A stretch of DNA of 64,000 nucleotides from Pirellulaceae bacterium (GCA_041752115.1 JBGSHS010000168.1:37291-101290); one strand, 5' to 3'. Counted from the stretch's first letter, positions 1 through 10,216 are shown. The notes: generated by a model not told the origin, from the letters alone. Program-made: numbers and translations.

Positions 1-1
1 C

Positions 2-226
2 GCCGCGCATCTGATTCTGGCAGATTCGCAGTTGCTGGTTCTGAAAGTGGATGGAACGCTGCTGTTGATGGTGCCTCACCGTGACCACTTCGCGCCGCTG
101 GCGGAAGCCCGAGTTTCGGATCATACGACGCGTGCCTTACCGGCCCTCTCCGCTGGTCGGTTGTTCGTGCGTGACAACCTTCCCAAGTCGGGCACCCTCT
201 ATTGTCTGCAAGTCGGTCGTCCGTAA
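2..226 (+). CDS. C-terminal fragment of a PQQ-like beta-propeller repeat protein (5' end lies outside the window)
   Basis: Frame is open from base 2 to TAA 224-226. The tail ...LVLKVDGTLLLMVPHRDHF...LSAGRLFVRDN...LYCLQV resembles the last blade of the other PQQ-like propellers in this window. Confidence 0.45.
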   Translation, partial: AAHLILADSQLLVLKVDGTLLLMVPHRDHFAPLAEARVSDHTTRALPALSAGRLFVRDNLPKSGTLYCLQVGRP

Positions 227-298
227 TCACGTGGATTTGCAGTCCGCACTGTGGCGCTGTATCGTTGAATGGATTCGATACCCCCTGGAGAGACCCAC

Positions 299-2653
299 AT
301 GACTCGGGCATTTCTTGCAGTGTTGATTCTCGCTTCCCCCGGATTCGCCGATGACACGTCCCACCTGGCACCGCTCTGCGAGAAGGAGGCGCGAATCGAG
401 GCCAATATCCAGCACAGGCACAATATCCAGGGACTCTACCCATCATTGGTACAGATCCCACTTCGTGGAGCCGCGCTGGACATCTACACCACTAATCCGT
501 TTGCCGACATCGTGCATGCCGTCTGCTGGACGTCGAACTACCTGGCAGGGCTCTCTTTCAAGACCGCCGTGCTGGAGAAGAGCGGAGCGCCACCCGACGC
601 GATTGAAGCAGCACGAAAGCGCGCTGATGAAGTGTTCGAAGCGGTCTACCGCTGTCAGCGCGTGACTGGCCGGCGCGGCCTGCAGGCTCGTGGCTACCTG
701 CTGGGGCATGCGGAAGTCTATGCAGAGCGGTCCGAGGGGGCGGGCAAGCTCGCATTCTGGCGGCAGGGTGAAGTGGATGGTCAGCCGTATCGTTGGGTGG
801 GAGATCCGAGCCATCATAACTACAGCGATGCCGTGCATGGACTCATCCAGTACTATACGCTGGCGGCTCGCGGCGAGCAGAAGGATCGGGCACGAGAGGC
901 GATTGACGCGCTCGTAAGCTACTGGGTCGATAACGACCTGCAGATTGCCAAATTCGATCGGTCGCTGCCCGCCGTTCCCATTCTCGGGATCACCGACGGG
1001 AAGACACTTAACACACGCGTCATGATGGCGATTGCCGGGGCAAAATTCGCCCATTACGCCACCGGCAAGGAGAAGTTCCAAGCTGTCTACGATCGCCTGA
1101 TCGAGCAGTACCGAGTGCGACAGCTCGAGTCGTTTCGCACGGAGAAGGATTTCGACGATGCAGAGCATGTGCTCTGTCATCTCGAGGCGCTGATGCGTAT
1201 TGAGCAGGATCCGCAGCTGCGGGAAGCCTTTCGCAAAGTGGCTGACGGGATCTGGGCAAACCACGTCCATGATGGGCAAAGCCTCTTCACCTACATCTAC
1301 TATGGCTTGGCGCCCGATGCGCCGGAGAAGGATCCGGCCCTGCGCGACGCGCTCCTTTCGCTGCGGACTTTTCCCACCGACACGACGCAGCGGCCACAGA
1401 TGAACAGCTTGTTTCCCGAACGCCGAGCGCCCTATGCCACTTATCAGGCGAGTTGGGACAACGAATACCTGTGGAAAGGCAATCTCTTGCGCTCGGACGG
1501 GTGGCTCAGCCGATTGGTGGTTGACGTGGCTGTGTCGCCGGAAGATTCCGCTGTGATCTATGCCGTAGGGCAGGAAGGTGAGATCTACCAGTCACGCGAT
1601 GGAGCGGCGAATTGGGAAAACTGGTCGCCTATCACGGTCGATTTTCAGCCGAGAGTATTCGATATCGACGTCGGGCATCGGTCGCGGATTCTGGCTGCTG
1701 CGGCCGACGATGGCTTTTACATGACCACGACGGCAGGACGCACGTGGCGACGACTCCCCGTGCCAGTCGATGGGGGCACTCCAGTGTCCATCGCCTTTGA
1801 TCCGCAGCATGCCAACGTACTCTTCGTCTCGACAACCAGGAGTGCCTTTCGCAGCCGTGACTTGGGCGAAGAATTTGTGGGCGAAAGTTGGGAGTTGTTG
1901 ACCAGCGGCCTGCCGGAGAGAGACGGGTGTTTCGTCGTCGTTCCAGGTGATTCCGGCAGAATCTACGCGCTGATGAGTGACGCCCTCTTCACACGACGAC
2001 TCGATCAGCCGTCCTGGACGCGAGCGACCTCGCGTGGAATCGGCGAGTATGCCGAGAACTATCCGTGGCTGTTAGTGGACGAAGCGCATCCCGAGCACAT
2101 TGTGAGCGCTTATCAGTCACGTGAAGCCCCCGCGGGACCACTGTCGATCGTCCAACATTCGGCCGATGCCGGGCAAACCTGGACCAATGACTTCGTGTCG
2201 GTCGTGAAGACGCTCCAGGAGAGTGGCTTCCTCGGCGTCATGGCGTTGGGAGTGCGTGGCGAGCTGAATCGGGCGGTCATTGATCCGTCCAACAGCAAGA
2301 CCATGTTCGCCGCCGGAGAGCGTGGCGTGCTGAAGAGCGAGGATGGCGGTCGGACATGGAGACAGCACGAGGAAGGAATGCGGCTGCCACGTGTGGAATA
2401 CGTGTTCAAGCCGCGCAACACCCAATGGGTCTTTGCCGCCACACCGGGCGGGCTGCAAGTCTCTCAGGATGGAGGCGTGACCTGGTCCGACGCAAACCTG
2501 TGGCTGCAGTTTGAATTCAACACTCGCCGCGAGTTGGGAGGCGCCGCATTTATTGATGCGTATTGGCGAGGACGATACTACGGGTTCATCGACGCCGCCG
2601 CGGCCAACACGCCGTACCAGGCGGCACAAGTGGAAGCATCACACACGCCTTGA
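299..2653 (+). CDS. Secreted protein: N-terminal alpha-helical (glycosidase-like?) region plus C-terminal BNR/Asp-box beta-propeller
   Basis: 794-aa ORF 269-2653. Internal ATG 299 gives signal peptide MTRAFLAVLILASPGFA. Five Asp-box-like motifs (SRDGAANW, TTAGRTW, SADAGQTW, SEDGGRTW, SQDGGVTW) lie in the C-terminal half. Confidence 0.8.
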   Translation: MTRAFLAVLILASPGFADDTSHLAPLCEKEARIEANIQHRHNIQGLYPSLVQIPLRGAALDIYTTNPFADIVHAVCWTSNYLAGLSFKTAVLEKSGAPPDAIEAARKRADEVFEAVYRCQRVTGRRGLQARGYLLGHAEVYAERSEGAGKLAFWRQGEVDGQPYRWVGDPSHHNYSDAVHGLIQYYTLAARGEQKDRAREAIDALVSYWVDNDLQIAKFDRSLPAVPILGITDGKTLNTRVMMAIAGAKFAHYATGKEKFQAVYDRLIEQYRVRQLESFRTEKDFDDAEHVLCHLEALMRIEQDPQLREAFRKVADGIWANHVHDGQSLFTYIYYGLAPDAPEKDPALRDALLSLRTFPTDTTQRPQMNSLFPERRAPYATYQASWDNEYLWKGNLLRSDGWLSRLVVDVAVSPEDSAVIYAVGQEGEIYQSRDGAANWENWSPITVDFQPRVFDIDVGHRSRILAAAADDGFYMTTTAGRTWRRLPVPVDGGTPVSIAFDPQHANVLFVSTTRSAFRSRDLGEEFVGESWELLTSGLPERDGCFVVVPGDSGRIYALMSDALFTRRLDQPSWTRATSRGIGEYAENYPWLLVDEAHPEHIVSAYQSREAPAGPLSIVQHSADAGQTWTNDFVSVVKTLQESGFLGVMALGVRGELNRAVIDPSNSKTMFAAGERGVLKSEDGGRTWRQHEEGMRLPRVEYVFKPRNTQWVFAATPGGLQVSQDGGVTWSDANLWLQFEFNTRRELGGAAFIDAYWRGRYYGFIDAAAANTPYQAAQVEASHTP

Positions 2654-2791
2654 GGTGATGGAAAAGGCATCACGCCAAGGCAAAGATGGCGGGAAGACGC
2701 GAGAGGGAAGACATCCTGCGATTACAAGCACGAGCACCGTTGCGCTGAGCACGAGTGACCTGCGGGACCGCTGACTGCGTTGTCCAACGGC

Positions 2792-3091
2792 CTACTTTTT
2801 CTGTTTTGCCTCTGCGGCATCGCGAGCTTCCCGCGCCCGTTCGACGCGCTCGCGTTGCTCAGTGATTTTCTTGTCCAGTTCGGCGAGCTGCTGCTGGAAT
2901 TCGGGCGAGTATTCGACTTTCCCTGCTTCGCCCCCTTCTCCAGGCTTGGGCTGTGCGACAGCCTGCAGCAGCTGTGAGGTAACTTGCTGAGCCTTTTCCG
3001 CATTCTGCACCGCCTGGTCAAGCATGGCCTGCGGATCGACGGGGGGCGCCGTCGGCCGACTCACCACTCTTTGTGGCCGTATTGATGGCAT
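2792..3091 (-). CDS. Charged coiled-coil-like hypothetical protein; probably the 3' part of a frameshifted lipoprotein gene
   Basis: 99-aa ORF rich in Gln/Glu/Lys (EKAQQVTSQLLQ...ITEQRERVERAREARDAAEAKQKK). It overlaps the upstream ORF by 74 nt around a G6 run (3041-3046). Confidence 0.4.
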   Translation of the reverse strand: MPSIRPQRVVSRPTAPPVDPQAMLDQAVQNAEKAQQVTSQLLQAVAQPKPGEGGEAGKVEYSPEFQQQLAELDKKITEQRERVERAREARDAAEAKQKK

Positions 3092-3329
3092 CGGTAATCG
3101 CGCGAACGGCGTCTTCCGGCTTGGGCATGTTGCGCTGTTCGTACTCGGTAATCATCTCTTTGCGTTTGCCTTCCAGTCGATCGAGGGCCGTAAGTTCGGC
3201 GTTATAAGTAACGACCAGGTCCGCGTACGATGGTTCGTTCGCGACAGGTGCCGGTTCTTGAGTCGAGCAGCCGATGCTGACCAGAGCCAGCACGATTGCC
3301 GTGAGAACAGCGTAGTGGGTAGTGGCCAT
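3018..3329 (-). CDS. Putative lipoprotein (5' part; see frameshift finding)
   Basis: ATG at 3329 gives MATTHYAVLTAIVLALVSIGCSTQ (lipobox-like VSIGC). A purine-rich GAGAGGGA lies about 10 nt upstream. Confidence 0.5.
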   Translation of the reverse strand: MATTHYAVLTAIVLALVSIGCSTQEPAPVANEPSYADLVVTYNAELTALDRLEGKRKEMITEYEQRNMPKPEDAVRAITDAINTATKSGESADGAPRRSAGHA

Positions 3330-3502
3330 AGCAATGATCCCTCTCGGATTGCAGCAGAAATGGACAGGGAGTCCGAAGAACGACCGCAGAGTTAAAGAAT
3401 ACCTTTTCGAAGCTATCTGTCGCACAGGCATAAGGCAAGGGGGCAAGGCGCGCGGTTGTTCGTGCCACCGACCGGTCCACCGACCGTTGATAGTATGAAC
3501 GA

Positions 3503-4813
3503 CTACGCGAGCTCCCAGCCCTTGCGATAGTCCCGTTGCAGCAAGTCATTGGCCGGCGCGAAGTTGGTGATCTCCATTTGCGCCGCATCCCATTGGAGTT
3601 TCTGGCCGGTGCGATAGGCGATATTTCCCAGCAGTACTGCTTCGGTAATCGTTCCACCGTAACCAAAATGGCAGCTCGTCGGACGACCCGTCTTACAGGC
3701 GTTGATCCACTCCTGGTGATGACCTTCCGATGGTGGAATGGTCGGAGCGGGGGCCATGTAGTCCTGGAACTTCGACTCAGGCCACAGCATCCGCTCGCCG
3801 TAGCTCGCCAGGAGCATTCCTTCGGTGCCGACAAAGACCCCCCAAACCCACTCGGGAAAAGCGTGTTCTTGGAAGATCTGGGGTGGTTCGCTTCCATGTG
3901 TCCAGGTCAGCACCAAAGGCTCGGCTGTCCCGGGGGCTGGTGTAGCGAATTCGTAGCGGACATGCTGCTGGGCCGGAGTGCTCTCTACGTGTGGCGGCGG
4001 CCCCGATGCTTCGATGGTCGCCGGATGTTTCAATTCGAGCGCCCAGAAGGCGAGGTCAAAGTAATGGCATCCCATGTTGCCGAATGCGCCGCCACCGAAG
4101 TCCCACCAGTAATGCCAATCGTGCGGAACGTAGCAGGGGTGGTACGGACGAACGGGCGCCGGTCCCAGCCAGAGGTCCCAGTCCAGTCCGGCTGGCACTG
4201 GTGGTGAATCGGTGGGGCGATCGGCTGCGCCTCCGCCGCCGCGCAGCCAGCAGTGGCACTCGCGTACCTGCCCGATGGCTCCTCCACGTATCAGTTCGAC
4301 GATACGGCGAAAGTTATCGGAGGCGTGTATCTGCGTGCCCATCTGAGTGGCGACCTTGTGCTGGTCAGCCACGTGTGCTGCGAGGCGCGCTTCGTACACG
4401 TTGTGTGCGAGCGGTTTCTCGCAGTAACAGTGTTTCCCCATCTTCATGGCCATGATGCTCGCCGGCGCATGGACGTGGTTGGTCGTGCTCACCACCACTG
4501 CATCGATTTGCTGATCCAGTTCGTGGAGCAACCGACGATAGTCGGCATACGGCTTGCTCTGCGGGTACTTTTCGAAAGAAGGTCCGGCGGTGCGCTGGTC
4601 GACGTCGCACAACGCGACGATATTCTGATCGGCCACCTCAACCAGATTCTGGGCGCCGCGTCCGCCGGCACCGATCATGGCGAGATTCAACTTTTCGTTC
4701 GCCTGATAACTTCGAGCACTGCGGCTGTTGCTCAGGATGATCAGGCCGGCACCACATCCGACCGCGCTGGTCAGGAATTGACGACGGTTCCAGTGTGCGT
4801 TTGACATGAACAT
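3503..4813 (-). CDS. Gfo/Idh/MocA-family oxidoreductase with twin-arginine (Tat) signal
   Basis: 436 aa. N-terminus HWNRRQFLTSAVGCGAGLII (RRxFL Tat motif), Rossmann IGAGGRGAQN, and the CYCEKPL motif typical of the family. Confidence 0.85.
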   Translation of the reverse strand: MFMSNAHWNRRQFLTSAVGCGAGLIILSNSRSARSYQANEKLNLAMIGAGGRGAQNLVEVADQNIVALCDVDQRTAGPSFEKYPQSKPYADYRRLLHELDQQIDAVVVSTTNHVHAPASIMAMKMGKHCYCEKPLAHNVYEARLAAHVADQHKVATQMGTQIHASDNFRRIVELIRGGAIGQVRECHCWLRGGGGAADRPTDSPPVPAGLDWDLWLGPAPVRPYHPCYVPHDWHYWWDFGGGAFGNMGCHYFDLAFWALELKHPATIEASGPPPHVESTPAQQHVRYEFATPAPGTAEPLVLTWTHGSEPPQIFQEHAFPEWVWGVFVGTEGMLLASYGERMLWPESKFQDYMAPAPTIPPSEGHHQEWINACKTGRPTSCHFGYGGTITEAVLLGNIAYRTGQKLQWDAAQMEITNFAPANDLLQRDYRKGWELA

Positions 4814-5094
4814 TCTCCGTGGCTCTCAGGCGGGATGAGGGGCTTGTCCGACGGTCTCACTTCCACGTGTGAGGTCAGCAGCGACCGGTCGCGTGTGCTG
4901 TTGTTCGTCGCCGCCTCGACACGGGCAGATGCCGCCCTTGACCCGAGGGTGGAGTTGGGGCGACGCGTACCATTCTACCACATGTGGAACTCCTCTCTAT
5001 GCCCCAGCGGACACTGGATATTGAGTATCTGCGATTCGGATGGATGCAACTGGACAAGACGCAGCCAATGCTCAGCGATTCGGCAGATAACATG

Positions 5095-5127
5095 CCATGA
5101 GCCGGCCACGAATTGACCGGCTCATGG
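5095..5127. terminator. Perfect 11-bp-stem hairpin between two co-directional minus-strand genes
   Basis: CCATGAGCCGG-n11-CCGGCTCATGG, about 35 nt downstream of the stop of the 5163-6437 gene. There is no clean U-tract, so terminator function is tentative. Confidence 0.3.
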
Positions 5128-5162
5128 GAGAACTTGTGATGACCGCAACGCTAACATCCGAC

Positions 5163-6437
5163 TCAGCGCTCGACGCTCAAGCACCAGATCATGTTCTTGT
5201 CGCGGATGAACAGCTTTCCGTTGGCAATCACAGGATAAGCCCACGATTTCTCCATGCCGTTGGCCGGCTGCGGACGGTCAGGTGGAGTGAACCGTCCGAC
5301 CTCGCGGTAGGCCTCGGGCGTCGCATCGATCAGCAGGACTTCGCCGTTTTCGCCATGCAGATAGAGACGCCCGTCGGCGTAGCAGAGCGATCCCGGTGCC
5401 GCACTGCGATTCTCCCACTTCACCTCACCTGTCTTGAATTCCACGCACTGCATCGTCTGGCCATTGCAGCCGTAGAGATAATCTCCCACCACGACAAATC
5501 CGCCGATGGCTGTAGGGAGTTTGGGACTGAAGTAGACCTCTTCCGCCGAGACGCCACCGTCCGCGGCGACCATCTCGACCAAACCGCCGCCCGTGCGGGA
5601 AGCGCCGCTGTAAACAAAGCTGCCTTTTGTCACCGGAGTGGCAATATTGGCAATACCACTGGTCTTGGCGGTGTGCCAGAGCAGTCTTCCTGACTCCGCA
5701 TCAATACCCACCAGGCCCATGCCAAGATAAGCGATGTACTGCTTCACACCGTCCGCTTGAGCCACAATCACGGAGGCGTAACCAGCCGCCTTGCTCTCGG
5801 GAATCTGCGTCTTCCAGACGACGTCTCCGGTGCTCTTGTCGAGTGCTACCAATGCTGCATCTGGACCTCCAGGAGCGCAGATGACCCGCTCGCCATCAAC
5901 CAGCGGCGATTCTGAATAGGCCCATTCACCAGGGACTCCGCCGTACTGCTGGCGAACGTTCTGACTCCACCGAGTCTTACCAGTCGCTGCCTCCAGGCAG
6001 GCAAGATCACCGTTCGATCCCAAGACGTAGATCGCTTCACCGTCCACCGTCGGAGTCGACCTGGCCGCCGGAAAATTCGGGCGCTGCCGTGGGTTCCCAA
6101 CCTCGCCAATGCGAGTGGTCCAGAGTTCCTTTCCGCTGGCAGCATCAAACGACTTGATGAACTCGTTCTCCAGTCCATCATTGCCAGTGACATAGAGCCG
6201 TCCATTGGCCACGGCCGGCGCACCGTATCCATTTCCTGAATTGCTCGCCTGCCACACCAGCGGTGGTCCCGTCTCGGGCCAGCTCGGAAGCAATCCCGTC
6301 TCTGACGACAGGCCGTTACGCTGAGTCCCCCGCCACTGCGGCCAATCGGCCGCACTAACCAGGCTCACAACGGACACTGATGCTACGATCACTCCACAAA
6401 TCAATACATGACTTTTCCGCAGGCACTTTTCCATCAT
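5163..6437 (-). CDS. PQQ-like (BamB/YVTN-type) beta-propeller repeat protein, secreted
   Basis: ORF 5163-6581. Start moved to ATG 6437 (MMEKCLRKSHVLICGVIVASVSVVSLVSA signal), which avoids overlap with the upstream gene. Contains ADWPQWRGTQRNG and repeated blade patterns (..YV.G..G.L.CL.A.TGK..W). Confidence 0.8.
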   Translation of the reverse strand: MMEKCLRKSHVLICGVIVASVSVVSLVSAADWPQWRGTQRNGLSSETGLLPSWPETGPPLVWQASNSGNGYGAPAVANGRLYVTGNDGLENEFIKSFDAASGKELWTTRIGEVGNPRQRPNFPAARSTPTVDGEAIYVLGSNGDLACLEAATGKTRWSQNVRQQYGGVPGEWAYSESPLVDGERVICAPGGPDAALVALDKSTGDVVWKTQIPESKAAGYASVIVAQADGVKQYIAYLGMGLVGIDAESGRLLWHTAKTSGIANIATPVTKGSFVYSGASRTGGGLVEMVAADGGVSAEEVYFSPKLPTAIGGFVVVGDYLYGCNGQTMQCVEFKTGEVKWENRSAAPGSLCYADGRLYLHGENGEVLLIDATPEAYREVGRFTPPDRPQPANGMEKSWAYPVIANGKLFIRDKNMIWCLSVER

Positions 6438-6486
6438 AGTAGGGTTCCCTCGTTCTGAGATTCGTCGAGCGTCTCCACCCGATCTG

Positions 6487-6936
6487 CTACGGAGTTGACT
6501 CCGCAGGTCGCACCACGAACTGGCCTTGATAGTCATCGGCTTTGTCCTTTCGAATCGGGATCGGTGATCCGGCGTAACCAAACGTTTTGGAGCGGGTGAC
6601 CGTCCCGATCGTGTAGGAGAATTTCAGCTGGTCACCCTCTCCGCGGGAAAGGCGCTGCAACACGCACTGCATTGTCTGTCCCGAAGGCTCGGTCACCGAC
6701 ATTCCGACCTCTGCCACGCCCGGATCCGTCATCGCCATGGCCTGCTCCACGCCATCCGGCGCGACGTAGACCAGCTCAACGGAGTAGTGTTGAACCGGTT
6801 CCGCCTTGGTAGTTACCTCGCCCGCAACGGAACTCGTCGTCTGGCTCGTTGCCACTTCGGACACGCGCTCACCGCAACCGGCCGTGAGCAACAGTGCTGA
6901 CAGCAGCACCATGCGAGAGGGTATGACATGTTTCAC
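6487..6936 (-). CDS. Hypothetical lipoprotein
   Basis: 149 aa. MKHVIPSRMVLLSALLLTAGCGER carries a lipobox (LLTAGC). No recognisable domain. Confidence 0.65.
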   Translation of the reverse strand: MKHVIPSRMVLLSALLLTAGCGERVSEVATSQTTSSVAGEVTTKAEPVQHYSVELVYVAPDGVEQAMAMTDPGVAEVGMSVTEPSGQTMQCVLQRLSRGEGDQLKFSYTIGTVTRSKTFGYAGSPIPIRKDKADDYQGQFVVRPAESTP

Positions 6937-7531
6937 GCTTCGCTCCTCACCGTCAAGAGTCGTGGAGGTCCGACGACCACGAAGCGCACCTCAGCCTCTT
7001 CCGACGACAACTGGCCGCACCCAACAGCCGACGCGAATATGATCATAACAGATCTTTCCCATCGGTCACCACGCTTATTCGGAACACCTACCGATGTGCG
7101 GGTGGAAATCGCTTCCCGCTGGCAGAGGGGGGCGCTGATTCGCGTCACCACGGCTCTTGGCTAAGCTGAGTGGCGGAGTCGGCACTTAACGGGAGCTTTC
7201 AATCGACTGCAGGTCTCATGGCAACCACGAACCGAGGTCGCGACAGCACCGGCGAAGGAGAGTCGACGCTGACACTCGTTTTCAGCGTCGCCAGAAACGA
7301 TTCGCTCGAGACGAATCCGGCCAAGGGGACTGAAACCGGGGAGCACGGCCTGGGAATCCGTCCTGTGGCAGCGCCCCCGCGTGGGGTTGCACGAACCAAT
7401 TCTTTGGGGTGACATCACCTATCGCAATGCGTGGGAAACAGCGATGGTCGGCGGTACGATCTCCGCAGTTGTTAGTCTCCCCTCTGTAACCGTTGACAGA
7501 ACGACGTTGATTTGGCCGCGAGTTGGCACAG

Positions 7532-7589
7532 AAAGTCTCCTTTCGCTCCGCGAAAGAATCGCTACTTGCGCGGAGCGAAAGGCGACTTT
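7532..7589. repeat. Inverted repeat / long hairpin (21-nt arms, 20 of 21 complementary, 16-nt loop)
   Basis: AAAGTCTCCTTTCGCTCCGCG (7532-7552) pairs with CGCGGAGCGAAAGGCGACTTT (7569-7589), inside an 869-bp ORF-poor divergent intergenic region. Confidence 0.7.
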
Positions 7590-7805
7590 GGCGGACCGTG
7601 AACGGTTACCTCCACTCTTCACCAGATGCAGGCTTGCATCCTGTCGATGCTCCGATCCGGAGTACCTCGCTCCGTTCACAGTGCGACCGGAGGGGACTAC
7701 TGGCGGTCGAACTGGCTTGAAAGACGCACCGACCCAATCCGCCGCCGCTTACTTGTGATGCGCTCAACAGTGCGTTACGCTGCGCCCAATACAAGGAGTC
7801 AAACC

Positions 7806-9002
7806 ATGAGTCGAACTTCCGTCCTGGGATTATTGTTAGCTCTGTCGATGCTTCCGGCTCCACTCCGGGGCGAGAACGCCCGGCAGCAGGCCGCCGAATC
7901 GGGTACGTCGGTCTATCAGCAATGGAAACAAGGACCACCCCACAATCCCGCGTACTTTCCGATCGCCGTCTGGCTGCAGGCACCTCGCAACGCTCAGAAG
8001 TTTCAGGCAGCGGGTATCAACCTGTACGTGGGGCTGTGGCAGGGACCAACGGAAGAACAGTTGTCGCAGCTCAAGGCGGCCGGTATGCCGGTGATTTGTG
8101 ACCAGAACCGAGTAGGGCTTACGAGCGAGAACGCTGACGTGATTGTGGGCTGGATGCACGGCGATGAACCTGACAACGCGCAGCCTCGTCGCGATGGGAA
8201 CGGGTACGGGCCACCGATTTCCACCGAGACGATCGTGGCCGACTACGAACAGCTCAAGGGCCGCGATTCGACTCGTCCCATCTTGCTGAATCTGGGCCAG
8301 GGAGTTGCCTTCGACCAGTACATTGGCCGGGGGGTACGCCGCAATCATCCCGAGGACTATGCCGAGTACATCAAGGGCTGTGATATCGTCTCGTTTGATA
8401 TCTATCCGGCCGTGCACGACCACCCCACCGTCGCCGGGAAACTGGAGTTCGTGGCGCAAGGAGTTGAGCGCCTGCGTCGCTGGTCAAACGACGAGAAGAT
8501 CGTCTGGAATTGCATCGAATGCAGCCGGATCAGCAATCGAGAGGTCAAGCCAACTCCGCAGCAGATCCGCTCCGAGGTGTGGATGTCGCTGATTCATGGC
8601 TCGCGTGGTCTGATCTATTTCGTCCATCAGTTTGAGCCAGGTTTCGTCGAAGCCTCAGTGCTTGAGGATCCGGAACTGCTGGCGGCTGTCACGGATATTA
8701 ACCGGCAGGTCCGCGAACTCGCCCCGGTGCTCAACAGTCCCACTCTGTCGGATGCGGCAGATGTCAAGAGCTCCAACTTGCAGGTGCCTGTCGCGGCCAT
8801 GTGCAAGGAGTATGATGGAGCTCGCTATCTGTTTGCCGTCGCGATGCGCAGTCAAGCCACATCGATTGCGGTAACACTGTCGGGCGAGCGGGTGGTGAGC
8901 GAAGTTGAAGTGCTGGGCGAATCGCGTACGCTCCCCGTGGTCGACGGCCGGTTCGAAGATGACTTCGAGCCCTATGCGGCGCACCTGTACCGCATGCGAT
9001 AG
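7806..9002 (+). CDS. Secreted hypothetical protein, possibly a TIM-barrel glycosidase-like fold
   Basis: ORF 7626-9002. ATG 7806 gives signal peptide MSRTSVLGLLLALSMLPAPLRG. Motifs WMHGDEPDN and DIVSFDIYP are reminiscent of glycoside-hydrolase TIM barrels. The functional call is weak. Confidence 0.6.
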   Translation: MSRTSVLGLLLALSMLPAPLRGENARQQAAESGTSVYQQWKQGPPHNPAYFPIAVWLQAPRNAQKFQAAGINLYVGLWQGPTEEQLSQLKAAGMPVICDQNRVGLTSENADVIVGWMHGDEPDNAQPRRDGNGYGPPISTETIVADYEQLKGRDSTRPILLNLGQGVAFDQYIGRGVRRNHPEDYAEYIKGCDIVSFDIYPAVHDHPTVAGKLEFVAQGVERLRRWSNDEKIVWNCIECSRISNREVKPTPQQIRSEVWMSLIHGSRGLIYFVHQFEPGFVEASVLEDPELLAAVTDINRQVRELAPVLNSPTLSDAADVKSSNLQVPVAAMCKEYDGARYLFAVAMRSQATSIAVTLSGERVVSEVEVLGESRTLPVVDGRFEDDFEPYAAHLYRMR

Positions 9003-9061
9003 CGGGCGTCTTGCCGCTGCCTGGAACCAATCGCGTCCGTGCATTCAGCCCTCAGCCGGCG

Positions 9062-9754
9062 CTACCGCTCGGCAAAGACCTCATCGACCGGCAGCAGCGT
9101 TTCGCACTGCTCAGCAAATCTCGCGTAGGCTCCAGGTGTCTGACCGGCGGCAACAAATTCGTCTACCAGGCGACGGTACTGGCTTGCCAAATCCTCCAAC
9201 GTGCACCGATCGAGCATCGGTTCCACTTCACGCAGGTGGCGGAGCCACTGCCACTGTCCCGCAAACGAATCGAAGTTGCGTACCTTGCCGCCCCACTCCT
9301 GGCGGGTCGAACTGACGAAACTCCAACAGTGTACGTGATCGGGCAGCCGAACTCGCTCGTACCAAGCCGAGAGATCACTCGCTGCTTGCCTCTCATCCCA
9401 GAGAATACCCAGGTTTGTGCGGACCGAGCGGTATTTGCCGCAAAGCAAACAGGCCGATTGTTCATGCGTGGCCGGAGTGAATCGCAGCGCCACTAACGAC
9501 GCGAGTGACAGGACCAACACGCTGGCTCCATGCAAAGCCAGGCGAGTTTGAAGGTAGAACCCTGCCAGGACGATGAGGAAGCTGACCAGGATCGAGCAGA
9601 TCATCGCCACGACTGGACTTGTCCACATCAGTACTGAAACAAACAGTCCACACAACATCGTCCACACGATGAAGACGCGCAGCGAGAACTGCCATGGTTT
9701 GTTCCAACTGCCCAGGTCGCTGCCTCGCCTCTGCATGGTCGGTCCGTCCTGCAC
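9062..9754 (-). CDS. Hypothetical membrane protein
   Basis: 230 aa. Three or four hydrophobic segments in the N-terminal half (FIVWTMLCGLFVSVLMW, VAMICSILVSFLIVLAGFYL, ASVLVLSLASLVAL). Soluble C-terminal half with no recognised domain. Confidence 0.5.
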   Translation of the reverse strand: MQDGPTMQRRGSDLGSWNKPWQFSLRVFIVWTMLCGLFVSVLMWTSPVVAMICSILVSFLIVLAGFYLQTRLALHGASVLVLSLASLVALRFTPATHEQSACLLCGKYRSVRTNLGILWDERQAASDLSAWYERVRLPDHVHCWSFVSSTRQEWGGKVRNFDSFAGQWQWLRHLREVEPMLDRCTLEDLASQYRRLVDEFVAAGQTPGAYARFAEQCETLLPVDEVFAER

Positions 9755-10216
9755 TGTTAAGTGCCGATTTCGGATCTCTTGACCGCTGCAGCCGCTGCGA
9801 TCGTATTACGCAGCGGCCACCGATGCCAGCGTCTGATCCAACCGCCGTCAAGCCACACCGAGTCGGGAGCCGGCATCTCCGACGATCCTCGCACCGTCTG
9901 GCCGCCGGACATCGATCGACCGGCGGACAGGGATCGATCTAAGTGCGCCCTAATCGTACGCATGTGGCCCCTCGTCGTCTATTGGCGGATCAACCTGCAT
10001 ATGGAGCCCATGACGCACCTGAAAGATGTACGGCCGATCGTTGGTGACATGCTCACGGAGGCCTTGCATGTGCGTTGAGCGAATCGGACGACAGTTGCCG
10101 CTGCGCCGCGGACCTGACTGTCTGCCGGTGGTGGACGGTGCACGCCGAAGCGCGTATCGAGAGGGAAGCTTGTCCCAGGATGCTGCAGGGGGCCGCCATG
10201 GCGTCCGATTGGTGTG

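Noticed and set aside
7160-7800. Cobalamin riboswitch, RNase P RNA, tmRNA or SRP RNA in the long intergenic region
   Set aside because: GCAGCGCCCCCGCGTGG vaguely recalls the B12-element core, but no B12 box or the other conserved segments are present. The downstream gene is unrelated to cobalamin. No RNase P, tmRNA or SRP signature strings were found by eye.
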